Of a stretch of DNA of 64,000 nt, positions 21,011 through 31,296 are shown piece after piece. Each line of letters begins with the position of its first letter. Positions within the stretch are counted from its first letter, which is position 1. Made by a program: the position numbers and the translations under genes. The DNA is from Blastocatellia bacterium (GTDB lineage: Bacteria > Acidobacteriota > Blastocatellia > UBA7656), in assembly GCA_963765495.1 (NCBI GenBank), contig CAVXWP010000016.1, positions 288,001 through 352,000 of the forward strand, in the 5' to 3' direction. Under the pieces are notes generated by a model, which worked only from the letters and a program-made list of their open reading frames with translations, was not told the origin of the DNA and did not search any database.

Positions 21011-23284
21011 ATGAAACCCTCTCAGGCAAAGAAAAACGATTCGAGCGACGCTCGCAACAGTCGGTTTGAGCACGCGGGTTTCTGGTTGAGCCTTTCGCTT
21101 GTCGTTCTTGTGCCACTGGCTTTCAGCACAGCGGTCTATAATATATTCTCTCTCCCTAAATTTGCGCTCCTGCTCACAGGGTCATCCTTGCTCATCCCCG
21201 CGCTTGCCTGGAACGCGCGCAGGACTTCCTTTGAGCGGCTCAAGTCAAGACACGCGTTGATAGTTTCGCTTTACGTGATCGCCATAGCGATTTCAACCCT
21301 GTTTGGCGTAGCTCCGCGAGCATCACTGTTTGGGAGCAATTATGGCCGTATGGGTTTGATTACTCACCTGAGTTTCTTCTTATGCTTTATCGCCCTGGTC
21401 ACAGGAATAGGCACAAGCGAAAAGCGGTTGTTTCTGGTGCTTCGGGCTATGGCGGTGACAGGATTTATAGTTGCTGCCTATGGCTTTATTCAATTTTTCG
21501 GCCACGACGTTTTTCTCTCTCCTGACCTGTACACGCTCGCCTCAGAGGCGGGGCCGGTGCTGCGCGTAGCAGGCACGCTCGGGCACGCCAATTATCTGGG
21601 CAATTTCCTGCTCTACACGACTCCACTGACGGCGGGGCTGGCAATGGTTTCGAGCGGCTCGGCGCGACGACTGGCGATAACCGCATCGGTGGTGTCGGTT
21701 ATCGCCATCGCCTTCAGCGGCACACGCGGCGCGTGGCTTGGCATCCTTGCTGCCGCGATCACATTCGCGGGGCTGGAACTTTACGGGCGATCTGGTGATC
21801 TGTTGCGAACGCGCAGGCGGGCGCTGGTAAAGCGAGCGGGGCTTACCCTCATCGCGATCACGGCGCTTGTTGCGATCATCACTTTGAATCCGGCCTCGCG
21901 CAACATAACCGCGCGCGCGCGCCAGTTCATGTCGGACGGGTTTACGGGCGCGGGGCGTACGTTGCTGTGGCGCGACTCGCTCAGGATGGTGCCGCGCTAC
22001 GGCCTCACGGGTTGCGGCCCCGAAGGCTTTCGCAAGGCATTTCTCGCCTACAAATCGGAAGATCTTGCTCTGTATTCCCCGCTCACAAACAACGAAAGCT
22101 CGCACAATTCATATCTCGACGCGGCGATCTCTTTCGGATTGCCGGGCGCTATCGCATACATCGCAATCATCGCGTCTATATTCGCGCTTTTAATCCGGGT
22201 TCGGCGTCGTTTCGCCAGCCGCAGGATGAAGGTTATCGCCACGGGGCTGCTGTCATCAATCGCCGCCGTCGCAGTGCACAACTTCTTCATATTCGACCAG
22301 ATCTCTACGGGGCTGTACTTCTACGCACTGGCCGCGCTCGCCCTGGCCTCGGCCAATCTGGCGGCAAATCGCGAGACGAGCGCGAGCCGAAATCAGGCAT
22401 CAAAGGGAGAGATGGAGAGAGCAAGTTTCACGCCAGCAAAGACGGTTTTTACGTTTGTGGGCCTGTTGGTTGCGGTTATGAGCGGGTGGTATGTGTGGTC
22501 ACTCGTGAGGGCTGATGCGGCAATAAAACAGGCCTTTGAGGCGGCAAACGCGGGAGACTCTGACCGAGTGGCAAGCCTTGCGAGTCAAGCTACCGGAGCA
22601 ATTGATCCGACGAGTGCGTATGATTTCTTGTTTGCCCGCGCCCTGATGCTTTCGGCCGATCAGATGGAAGCGTCCGGCGAGACGCGAGACGAGATCATCA
22701 AGCTCGCGATGAGGCACGCCGAAAAATCATTGCCCTACACGCTGATGCCGGATTCCGACTCCCTGCTTCTGGCATATCTCGCTTTGCAGATTGGCGATGT
22801 TGAGCGACTCGGCGTTTACGCCGAAGAAGCCATGAAGTGGGACCCGAATTTCTCTAACACACACTGGCTGATGGCCGAATCTCTCCTTGCCAGAGGCGAA
22901 AACGAACGCGCCGCAATCGAAGCCCGACGGGCGCTACATCTATTCCCCGGCGCGCTTGAGGCCAGAGGGGCGCTAAAGCGTGCGCGCAAGGATGCTCCTA
23001 CCAAGAAGAGAAATATTGAAGAGATGCTCGCGCACGCCATAGCCCTTCGCGATAGCGGTAAACCGCAAAAGGCGAAGAAGGTTCTTCGCCGCGCCATACG
23101 CCGTTCAGGGGGAACCTGCCCCGCGTGTCACCGTGCGCTTGCGCAGGTTTATGAATCCGACAGGGATTATGAGAAGGCAATAGCCGAATGGGAAGCGTTT
23201 ATAAAAGAGACGACCGACCGCGAGGATGCCGGCCATGCTTTATTGCGGGTGGAGTCTCTAAGGCAAAAACTCCTTCCCAAATAA
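21011..23284 (+). CDS. O-antigen ligase/O-OTase-like (Wzy_C) membrane protein with C-terminal TPRs
   Basis: Many TM helices, GTLGHANYLG, SGTRGAWLG, GCGPEGF, SHNSYL. Confidence 0.85.
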   Translation: MKPSQAKKNDSSDARNSRFEHAGFWLSLSLVVLVPLAFSTAVYNIFSLPKFALLLTGSSLLIPALAWNARRTSFERLKSRHALIVSLYVIAIAISTLFGVAPRASLFGSNYGRMGLITHLSFFLCFIALVTGIGTSEKRLFLVLRAMAVTGFIVAAYGFIQFFGHDVFLSPDLYTLASEAGPVLRVAGTLGHANYLGNFLLYTTPLTAGLAMVSSGSARRLAITASVVSVIAIAFSGTRGAWLGILAAAITFAGLELYGRSGDLLRTRRRALVKRAGLTLIAITALVAIITLNPASRNITARARQFMSDGFTGAGRTLLWRDSLRMVPRYGLTGCGPEGFRKAFLAYKSEDLALYSPLTNNESSHNSYLDAAISFGLPGAIAYIAIIASIFALLIRVRRRFASRRMKVIATGLLSSIAAVAVHNFFIFDQISTGLYFYALAALALASANLAANRETSASRNQASKGEMERASFTPAKTVFTFVGLLVAVMSGWYVWSLVRADAAIKQAFEAANAGDSDRVASLASQATGAIDPTSAYDFLFARALMLSADQMEASGETRDEIIKLAMRHAEKSLPYTLMPDSDSLLLAYLALQIGDVERLGVYAEEAMKWDPNFSNTHWLMAESLLARGENERAAIEARRALHLFPGALEARGALKRARKDAPTKKRNIEEMLAHAIALRDSGKPQKAKKVLRRAIRRSGGTCPACHRALAQVYESDRDYEKAIAEWEAFIKETTDREDAGHALLRVESLRQKLLPK

Positions 23285-23451
23285 CGCCTCAAAAAAATAA
23301 CTACTCAAAAAAGTTCGAGCGCGCAGCTAAACACATACGCGCTCAAATAATCTATTTGATCTTTACGATTCCCGCGTCCTGCCCGACGAGAGCGGTTTTT
23401 TCTACCGGCCAAAAGATCGGCAGGTTCCATTCCCGATTCTATCGGCTGGTT

Positions 23452-24045
23452 CTATCCGCCGCTGCTTTTTCTGAGTTCGAGCAACACCTGTTTGGCAACC
23501 GCCTTTAGCGTATCGAATACGCCTACGCCGCGATTGGCTACGGCTTCAAATACAGGCTCTCCGTTTTGCACAAGCTCGGACCTCAGATCATTGACCGGGA
23601 TGACATTTGGCAGGTCGCGCTTGTTGAGTTGAAGCACGAAAGGTATCTTGCCCGGATCATAGCCGTGCTGTTTGAGATTGGAATTCAGATTGAACAGCGA
23701 TTCGACATTGGCATCCATGCGTTCGCGTTGCGAATCGGCTACGAACACGACGCCGTCTACACCTTTGAGTATGAGCTTGCGGCTGGCATCATAGAATACC
23801 TGTCCGGGCACGGTGTAGAGATGAAAGCGGGTCTTGAACCCGCGGACTGTGCCCAGGTCGAGCGGCATAAAATCGAAAAACAACGTGCGGTCGGTTTCGG
23901 TAGCCAGGCTTATAAGCTTTCCCTTAGCCTGTGCCGCCGTCGAATCGTAGATGAATTGCAGATTTGTAGTCTTGCCGCCCAAACCGGGCCCGTAATATAC
24001 GATCTTGCAGTTGATCTCGCGCGATGCGTAGTTTATGAAGGTCAA
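23452..24045 (-). CDS. mglA: MglA small GTPase
   Basis: [33 protein letters not shown]. Confidence 0.95.
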   Translation of the reverse strand: MTFINYASREINCKIVYYGPGLGGKTTNLQFIYDSTAAQAKGKLISLATETDRTLFFDFMPLDLGTVRGFKTRFHLYTVPGQVFYDASRKLILKGVDGVVFVADSQRERMDANVESLFNLNSNLKQHGYDPGKIPFVLQLNKRDLPNVIPVNDLRSELVQNGEPVFEAVANRGVGVFDTLKAVAKQVLLELRKSSGG

Positions 24046-24135
24046 GGCTCTTATTCCTTATTTCTGGGCCGGTGAGGTTTGGGGCTTACTCCCGGTTTGT
24101 TCTCGATTTCACAGGGGCCTCGGCTCGTGTCTCCT

Positions 24136-24627
24136 TCAGTTAAAGAGCGCATCTATGTCTTCTTCGGTTATCTCGGCAAACGGCGAATCCACCATCATCC
24201 CGAAGTCGTGTTCACGCGCCACTTTTGCGTCTATGGTTTCAAAGATAGAGTTCATCTCGCCGGTCGCTCGCTTTACGCGCAGCCGCACAAGTCCCAGGCT
24301 TGAGCGCTCATCGAATATCACGACAAGGATGACGCGCGAGGCCACTATCGAGATGTGAATGTTATCACGCTCGCCTTCGTGCGAGAGTACGGGAAAGCCC
24401 CGCTCGCCGATCAGATGAGCCAGCCCGTCGGTTGCCGCGACGTTACCGGCCGTCAAACTCGCGAGGCTCGTGGTGTCGAGGTTGAGCATCTCTCCGTGTG
24501 CGGCTATCTGCTGGCCGTTTTTGTCTACCAGAAACACAAACTTGGCATTGGCATCCGCGCACAGGCGCGTTATCACGTGTTTGAGATGCGCATACTCCTC
24601 TTCATACATTACGACCGGAGTCGTCAT
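24136..24627 (-). CDS. mglB: MglB roadblock/LC7 GAP
   Basis: LVDKNGQ, LASLTAGNVAAT, SSLGLVRLRVK, PFAEIT..DID.LF. Confidence 0.93.
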   Translation of the reverse strand: MTTPVVMYEEEYAHLKHVITRLCADANAKFVFLVDKNGQQIAAHGEMLNLDTTSLASLTAGNVAATDGLAHLIGERGFPVLSHEGERDNIHISIVASRVILVVIFDERSSLGLVRLRVKRATGEMNSIFETIDAKVAREHDFGMMVDSPFAEITEEDIDALFN

Positions 24628-24825
24628 CGCTTCTCCTTAATATTCAACCGGTGCAAGGGAGGCCGTGCCAGTGAAGCGTTGAAGGCTTTTCTATTGCCCG
24701 CAGACCTGAATTTTTTGTCGGTGGGTCTGCCGGTATCTGGCACCTTAGCGAGATATTTCTAAAAGGGGCATTCGCGGGATGTGCATGATATAGCACACGC
24801 ATGAAACGAGTACAATACTTTTGTT

Positions 24826-24970
24826 GGCAGTGGTCAGTAGGCAACAAGCAGTAGGCAGTAAGCAGAAACGGAGTTGGGTACCACCTATTCAAGTGCATAC
24901 GCCGTAATCTCTTTAGCAGTAGTCGTCAGTTCTGTATCTGCTGCCTACTGCCTACTGCCCGCCGCTTGCC
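24826..24970. repeat. Heptamer-arm palindromic element, GCAGTAG family
   Basis: ggcagtggtcagtaggcaacaagcagtaggcagtaagcag ... ctgctgcctactgcctactgccc. Confidence 0.8.
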
Positions 24971-25018
24971 CGCGCTCAGGCGCAAAGGTATGATTTCTAT
25001 TATTAAGTGGAGGAAGAT

Positions 25019-26185
25019 ATGGAATCGAAATTTCTCAAGCATGTGGACCGCGACGAAATCGTAAGTATTGTCTGCGACCTTGTTCGAGTTGACACAACCA
25101 ACCCGCCCGGCAACGAATACCTCTGCAAAGAGGCGGTCGCCCGCGCTATTGAATCGCTCGGCATGGAGGTCTCTTATTATGAGAAAGAGCCGGGCCGCAC
25201 CAATGTAGTCGGTCGAATAGGGAAGGGAGAGAAATCCATAGGGTTCGTCTCTCACATGGATGTAGTGCCGCCGGGCGAGATTGAGCAATGGGATACGCCG
25301 CCTTTCGAGCCCACGATAAAGGACGGGCGCATTTACGGGCGCGGCACGCTTGACGACAAGGGATCGTTTGCCTGCGCCTATTCCGCGTGTAAGGCTTTCC
25401 TGGCCGAACACACCGATTTCGACGGCTCGATATATCTGATAGCGGCTGCCGATGAAGAGATGGGAAGCGAGCTTGGGATCATCTACCTGGTTGAGGAATG
25501 CGGATTGAAATTCGATGTGGCCATCATCCCCGACGGCGGACGAATGGACCTTTCCATCTATGGCGAGAAGGGCATACTCTGGGTCGAACTTGTAAGCACG
25601 GGCATACAGGCTCACGGTTCTACGCCGGAACTTGGCCGCAATTCCATAGTGCCGCTTGCGGAGCTTATCGCCGAGATCAAGTCGCTCGATCTCGGGGGCG
25701 ATTATGATCATTCATTCGACGGATGGACAATGAACGTAGGCACTATACAGGGCGGATCATCGACAAATACCGTGCCTGCGGTGACGCGCGCGACTATTGA
25801 TTTCCGGCTCCCCACGGGCATCACTAAACAGAGGGTGCTATCGGCCATCGAGCAGAAGATGGCCCGGGTACGCGAGCGTTCACCCGAAGCCGATCTGAGC
25901 GTTCGGGTGCTTCACGAAACCGAGCCTCACCTGTCGGATAAAAACTCCATCATCATCCGCAGCTTTGACAGCGCCGCGCGCCGGCTCGGGCTGCCGATGA
26001 ATTACGAGACATTCGGCGGCAACACCGTGGCGAAAAATCTCTATTTCGCAGGAATAACATCGGTTGTGCATTATCCGGGCGACGACAAACTCGCGCACGT
26101 GCCCAATGAGTTTGTGATCATCGATGAGTTAGTGCTGGGTTCTGTCCTGTACGCAGAAACTCTCGAAGCATATTTCTACGGTTGA
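25019..26185 (+). CDS. M20 family deacylase (ArgE/DapE-like)
   Basis: SHMDVVP, GRGTLDDKG, DEE, AHVPNE. Confidence 0.9.
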   Translation: MESKFLKHVDRDEIVSIVCDLVRVDTTNPPGNEYLCKEAVARAIESLGMEVSYYEKEPGRTNVVGRIGKGEKSIGFVSHMDVVPPGEIEQWDTPPFEPTIKDGRIYGRGTLDDKGSFACAYSACKAFLAEHTDFDGSIYLIAAADEEMGSELGIIYLVEECGLKFDVAIIPDGGRMDLSIYGEKGILWVELVSTGIQAHGSTPELGRNSIVPLAELIAEIKSLDLGGDYDHSFDGWTMNVGTIQGGSSTNTVPAVTRATIDFRLPTGITKQRVLSAIEQKMARVRERSPEADLSVRVLHETEPHLSDKNSIIIRSFDSAARRLGLPMNYETFGGNTVAKNLYFAGITSVVHYPGDDKLAHVPNEFVIIDELVLGSVLYAETLEAYFYG

Positions 26186-26552
26186 TGAAATTTTGCGGTC
26201 GGTTTGCGAGGATCGAATACTTATACACCCGCCCGGGTTTCCTCTGCCCGAAGATAGAACAAATGTGTAACGTGAATCAGATTAAAGTTCACCGATTCTA
26301 CCGCAAACAAATTCAGGTAAATGAATCGTATTATTCTTTCCGATCTTTTTAACACATTTGATAAAATTCCTTGTTACATTTACAAATTCAAAGAAATAGC
26401 CTTGAAATCATAGCTTTATCTTGCTAGTCTTCCATCAAAGAGCTAAATCGTAATTTGCGCTTTTTGTAAAACGTGCGGAGGGGATAAAGAGTATTTCGCC
26501 GTTTTACTGGTACAGATCAAGCACTGGGGATAGGTAATAAAGGGGAACAACC

Positions 26553-26657
26553 ATGGCTGTGTTTTTTTGCAGTGATGGTTTTAGTGCATCTGTACCGCAA
26601 GAATTATATCTAGTTCTAATCCAAGATAAGAACAATAAGTGGAGCGGAGGTCAATAG
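26553..26657 (+). CDS. Candidate 34-aa upstream ORF
   Basis: AAGGGGA then ATG; MAVFFCSDGFSASVPQELYLVLIQDKNNKWSGGQ*; stop lies 1 nt before the next ATG. Confidence 0.3.
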   Translation: MAVFFCSDGFSASVPQELYLVLIQDKNNKWSGGQ

Positions 26658-26658
26658 T

Positions 26659-28077
26659 ATGGAAAGGCGAGTTGCACAAGAGGCGACTGTAGATCTTATA
26701 GACAGCGGCCAATTCCTAACTGCCGAAGAGATATTCTCTGAACGCAGGACAAACGATCCGATGGAAATGGTCATTCGTGCCGAGGTCGCGTTCTATTTCG
26801 GCAGGGATGATGCCGGGGCAGCGCTTCTGGAAGAGGTAGCGCCGAGGATCGAAGATCTTGATGTCGCCGCGAGATTTTCACTGGCCAGAGGCAGACTGGC
26901 TTTACAACAGGGCGATGAAGAACAGGCGGAAACACATCTTCAAACAGCCTATCACTTTTTCAGATTTCAGAACGATTCTTTTGGTTTGTCACAGGCTTTG
27001 TGTGAGCTTGCGCGGCTTGACCAGAGGCGCGGCAATCTCGACGAGGCGCTGGCAAAATTGAACACGGCGCTGGAAGGCATCAAAGGACGGGTAAGCAAGA
27101 AGTCGGAATTTCTGCGCGGTCTTGTAACAAGCGGGATTGCGTCGGTGACCGCCGACCGGGGCGATATCGAAGAAGCGATGGAGATATATTCGGAAGCGGC
27201 CCGGCTGCTGAAGAATACCGAGCGCGGTCGCTATTTCGGCACCGCTCTGCTCGGTATAGCCAATCTCAAATGCGCGCAGGGCGAATTTCAGGATTCGCTT
27301 GAAACCTATAAAGAAGCCAACACCGTTTACGAGCGTTATGACATCAAAAAGCTGTTGGCCGAAGGTCAGTTAAAGATGGCCTCAGCTCTGATAAGACTCA
27401 AACGATACGAGCGCGCAGAGAAGCTCGCCGAAGAAAGCCGCGAGCTGCGACAGGGCGATCCTGAAGGAGAGGGCCAGGCCCTTTCAGTGCTGGCAATCAT
27501 TGCGCTTCACAAGGATGAGTTGGATGAAGCCGTCAGCCGCTCTAACACTGCCATAGAGATGGCCGATCAAAGCAATTCGGCATCCACCCGCGCCCGCGCC
27601 CGCGTGGCTCAGGGACAGGTGAAGCTGGCCGAACACGAATTCGCCGAGGCGACCGAAGCCCTGACCGAAGCCGTGAGCCTTGCGCAACAGGCCAAGGGCG
27701 GAGCCGACAGCCGGCGTCTGGAGCTTGCGGCGATTCTCTATCTGGCCGAAGCCTATCACAGCGTAGATACGCGAGCCGGACGGGCCGAGCTTTTGCGGGC
27801 CAGCGAAATGCTGAACACCCTCGAAGATACCTGGCTCGGCGATGAGTACAACAGAGTCTCCGGGAAATACGAAGAACAGATCGTATTTACGGATGACAAC
27901 CGGCTGGTCTTCGACGGCAATCAGTTGCCCAGATGGCAGGAAGCCAAGCGAACACTGGAAGGCTTTCTGCTGCGCAATGCGCTCAGACAGACCAATAACA
28001 GTCTGACCCGCGCGGCTCGCAAACTCGGCGTATCAAAGGTTCACGTGCATAACCTGAAGAAGAAGCACGGACTGTAA
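26659..28077 (+). CDS. TPR protein with C-terminal Fis-type HTH
   Basis: Helical TPR-like repeats; ALRQTNNSLTRAARKLGVS at the C-terminus; RBS GGAGG. Confidence 0.8.
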   Translation: MERRVAQEATVDLIDSGQFLTAEEIFSERRTNDPMEMVIRAEVAFYFGRDDAGAALLEEVAPRIEDLDVAARFSLARGRLALQQGDEEQAETHLQTAYHFFRFQNDSFGLSQALCELARLDQRRGNLDEALAKLNTALEGIKGRVSKKSEFLRGLVTSGIASVTADRGDIEEAMEIYSEAARLLKNTERGRYFGTALLGIANLKCAQGEFQDSLETYKEANTVYERYDIKKLLAEGQLKMASALIRLKRYERAEKLAEESRELRQGDPEGEGQALSVLAIIALHKDELDEAVSRSNTAIEMADQSNSASTRARARVAQGQVKLAEHEFAEATEALTEAVSLAQQAKGGADSRRLELAAILYLAEAYHSVDTRAGRAELLRASEMLNTLEDTWLGDEYNRVSGKYEEQIVFTDDNRLVFDGNQLPRWQEAKRTLEGFLLRNALRQTNNSLTRAARKLGVSKVHVHNLKKKHGL

Positions 28078-28102
28078 GCTCGGCAGCCGCTTAGACGGCC
28101 CC

Positions 28103-28167
28103 GGTTTAGTCACTCTGTTTAGTCAACTCTGGTTTAGTCGACTCTGGTTTAGTCGACTCTGGTTTAG
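28103..28167. repeat. 15-bp tandem repeat, about 4.5 copies
   Basis: GGTTTAGTCGACTCT units; last partial unit contains the kinase stop codon. Confidence 0.9.
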
Positions 28168-30638
28168 ATCGCGCCCGTCGCGGCGTTGATTTGTGTTGCC
28201 CGGTCGGGCAACAGTTGCTTCCAACGGCGCATGTTGGTTTGAAAGCTCTTTTTCAGGTTAGAGAGAACATTGGCCAGGTCATTGTCGTCGCGGAGTTTTT
28301 CCCAGACGGGATTACCGGCAAACCAGGGATAGTTCTCGTTTCCGAGATATATGGCTTTGCGGAGCCACGAAAGCGATTCGTCCCTTTCGCCCGCTACGGC
28401 AAAATAGGTGGCCAGGCGATATGCCATCTCAGAATCCGCCTCGGCAGCGGCCCGTATCTCTTCCGTTATGAGAGATTCATTTCCGTTGCTGAGGCCTTTC
28501 ATCACATAGCACATCCCGAGCACAGGATAGGCCAGCGGCAGATACGGACTCTCCTCCAGAACCGATTCCAGTGTTTGAATCGCCTGTCTTAAATCCCCCT
28601 GCCGAAATTGCAAATATCCGAGCGTGGTTCGCAACAGCGGATGCTTTGGATCAAGCACGAGCCCTTTGGCCGTTTCATCTAACGCCTGCTCAAGCTGCCC
28701 ACGGTAATGATATATGCGAGCGCGCTGATTGTAGACCATAGTCGCACCGGCCGGGTTCAGGCCGAGCGCGGCGCTGAATTCTTCAAGCGCCGGTTCATAG
28801 AGCCCGTCCAGCCGAAAGATGACTCCCGCTACGATGTGAACCTCGAAATGGTCGCTCGCCGTTTCGAGCAGATAGCGAACGCCGTGTCGCGCACTCTCTT
28901 TTTCTCCGCGCGCAAGCAATGTGTAGACGCGATAAAGATTCGCCTCCACAAGTTCCGGGTCGTATTCAAGCGCGCGATCAAAACACTTTTCCGCATCTAT
29001 CAGGTTGCTCAGATCGCCCAGCCCCTTTCGCGCATACTGCAAGTGAGTGAGCCCGAGACCGGAATGAGCGGGCGCAAATTCAGGGTCTCGCGCCAGCACC
29101 ACTCTGAATTTGCTTCTGGCCTCGTCCAGATCGTTGCGGCTGCTCGACCGCATCATGAAATTGGAGAGCAAGGCCCGCGCCTGCAAGTAGTCTTCGGCTG
29201 ACGGATGGCCGGGCGAAGCGGGCCGAGACGGTTGCAGATGATTTTCTCCCTTTATTGCGGCTATAACCTCGTCGCAAATTTCATTCTGTATGGCTACAAG
29301 GTCTAATGATTCCACCGTCATCTGGCCGCCTGCGCGAACCGCGCTCGATCCGGCGTCGAGCAATTGCCAGTTCAGCGAAAACCCTGCGTCGGATTGCGAG
29401 AAACTGCCCCTTAAGACGTGTCTTGCCTGAAGGCGTTTGCCCATCTCAAGCAAGTCTGTTGACGAGCCCGCAACCGATGTCGCGACGCTTGACGGACGCA
29501 CGACAAGCGAAGGCAACCGCGCAAGGCGCGTAGCGATTGCGTCAGCAAGCGCAAAACCATAGAAGGGCGCAACGGGTTCGCTTCCCAGGTTTGTAAACGG
29601 CAGCACGGCGATGGATTGCTCGGGCGCGACATCTGCGTCTGCGCCGAGAAATCGTTCGGCCAGCGTAGAAAGCAATCCCGCTTTCCTTGCGTGCTCGATC
29701 TTATACGGTTCTATCTTGTACGGCTCGACGCCGACCACAGACAGCGGCGCACTGGACTCTCCCGAGATGAGACCTGCTTCAACACTCACAGTCTTCATCA
29801 CGGTTTTGAGCGCCTCTCGAATCTCTGCCGCCGAATCGAAGCGACCGGATGGATTTTTTGCCATCGCCTTCAGGATTACGCCCCCGAACTCCGGGGAAAG
29901 CTCCGGGCGTCGTTCGGAGAGCGGGCGCGGCTCGGAGTATTGAATTGCGCGTGCGACCTGGGTCTGCGCAACACCCGGCTCAAGAAACGGATGAGCGCCA
30001 GTGAGCATCTCGTAAAGGAGAACGCCAAAGGCGAAGATGTCGCTTTGTTCGCTGCTGCGGCCGGTCACAAACTGCTCCGGGGCCATGTAGGCGACCGTGC
30101 CTACTCTGGCCGAGGCCGAAGGCTTCCCGGCCCGTCGCGCCCCGGCCTTTACTCGAAGTTCTTCGGCCGCCTTTCGCTTCGCCAGCCCGAAATCGAGTAT
30201 CTTTACAAGCCCCGCATCTGAAATGATGATGTTGGCGGGTTTGAGGTCGCGGTGCAGGATGCCAAGTTTGTGAGCCGCGCTCAAACCATCGGCAATCTGT
30301 ATCGCTATCGAAAGCGCGATTTGCAGGTTTAACCCTCCCGCCTCGATCAGATTGTCGAGTGTCTGCCCCGATACGTATTGCATCACGATGAATGCCTGTC
30401 CCTCAAATTCGTTTACTTCATATATCGAGCAGACGTTCGGATGTTCGATAGCCGAAGCCAGACGAGCTTCGGCCAGGACTATCTCGCGCATCTCGCCGCT
30501 CGATGCCTTACCGCGTCTGAGCGCCTTCAACACCACCGGGCGCATCAATCGGGTATCGTTCGCATAATAGACGATGCCGCCGCTCCCCTCGCCGAGCCGG
30601 CTGATGATTTCGTATTGATTTATGGTTTTCGGTTTCAT
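28164..30638 (-). CDS. Hanks-type Ser/Thr kinase with TolB-like and TPR domains
   Basis: HRDLKPAN, DFG, YMAPE, SIAVLPF.N, TPRs; no TM segment seen. Confidence 0.93.
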   Translation of the reverse strand: MKPKTINQYEIISRLGEGSGGIVYYANDTRLMRPVVLKALRRGKASSGEMREIVLAEARLASAIEHPNVCSIYEVNEFEGQAFIVMQYVSGQTLDNLIEAGGLNLQIALSIAIQIADGLSAAHKLGILHRDLKPANIIISDAGLVKILDFGLAKRKAAEELRVKAGARRAGKPSASARVGTVAYMAPEQFVTGRSSEQSDIFAFGVLLYEMLTGAHPFLEPGVAQTQVARAIQYSEPRPLSERRPELSPEFGGVILKAMAKNPSGRFDSAAEIREALKTVMKTVSVEAGLISGESSAPLSVVGVEPYKIEPYKIEHARKAGLLSTLAERFLGADADVAPEQSIAVLPFTNLGSEPVAPFYGFALADAIATRLARLPSLVVRPSSVATSVAGSSTDLLEMGKRLQARHVLRGSFSQSDAGFSLNWQLLDAGSSAVRAGGQMTVESLDLVAIQNEICDEVIAAIKGENHLQPSRPASPGHPSAEDYLQARALLSNFMMRSSSRNDLDEARSKFRVVLARDPEFAPAHSGLGLTHLQYARKGLGDLSNLIDAEKCFDRALEYDPELVEANLYRVYTLLARGEKESARHGVRYLLETASDHFEVHIVAGVIFRLDGLYEPALEEFSAALGLNPAGATMVYNQRARIYHYRGQLEQALDETAKGLVLDPKHPLLRTTLGYLQFRQGDLRQAIQTLESVLEESPYLPLAYPVLGMCYVMKGLSNGNESLITEEIRAAAEADSEMAYRLATYFAVAGERDESLSWLRKAIYLGNENYPWFAGNPVWEKLRDDNDLANVLSNLKKSFQTNMRRWKQLLPDRATQINAATGAI

Positions 30639-30780
30639 AACTGAAACCTCCTTAAGTAAAACGAAACGCCAAAAGAGTCGAGGCCGCGCTACAATTCAAC
30701 GCGGCCTCGGCATAAAATTATTCATCATTTTAAGGCGTCTGCTCAAACAAACGCATCTGTGCCGCGCGGGGTGCGGCTGA

Positions 30781-31092
30781 TCAAGCGACCCTGACACTTG
30801 CGACCGGACGGCTCATACGGCGCAACTGATCGAGTATGGAAAGGCGCAACGAGGTGTTTGAAAGCGGGCGGATATTTTCGAAATAATCTACCGCCGCAAC
30901 GCGCAACCCGACATCTCGACCGAGGCGCTCGCTCAGATACCACTTGTGTTCAAGCAGGCGCGGCCACACGACGAGTGCTGCCTTCTGAGACAGCCTCACG
31001 CCGGCCAGCCGCCTGAGCGCCCGCTGTTCGCGTCCGCCGTTTTCATTAAGCGTCTGCTCGATGACCTGATCTAATCTGAACGGTATTGGCAT
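30781..31092 (-). CDS. Small DUF4032-like protein
   Basis: LEHKWYLSERLGRDVG...AA.DY; RBS AAGGAGG. Confidence 0.65.
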   Translation of the reverse strand: MPIPFRLDQVIEQTLNENGGREQRALRRLAGVRLSQKAALVVWPRLLEHKWYLSERLGRDVGLRVAAVDYFENIRPLSNTSLRLSILDQLRRMSRPVASVRVA

Positions 31093-31296
31093 AACCAATC
31101 CTCCTTTTGCCTGCTCGCGTGCGGGTCGCGGCCCCAGGCCGCGATCTTGCCTCCGGCAGGCTAGCGCACATTAATAGCGTAGTCGAAGCCCTGACCGGAG
31201 TCCAATTCATTGTTTTAATCCGGTCCATCAAATATGATAATCGCTCTAAACGGCGAGCGAATAGAGGCTTTAGCAGCGAGTCAAGGCGAGGTCCGT

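Noticed and set aside
28103-28167. Possible CRISPR array
   Set aside because: 15-bp units with no spacers and no cas genes; the heptamer elements also lack repeat-spacer periodicity.
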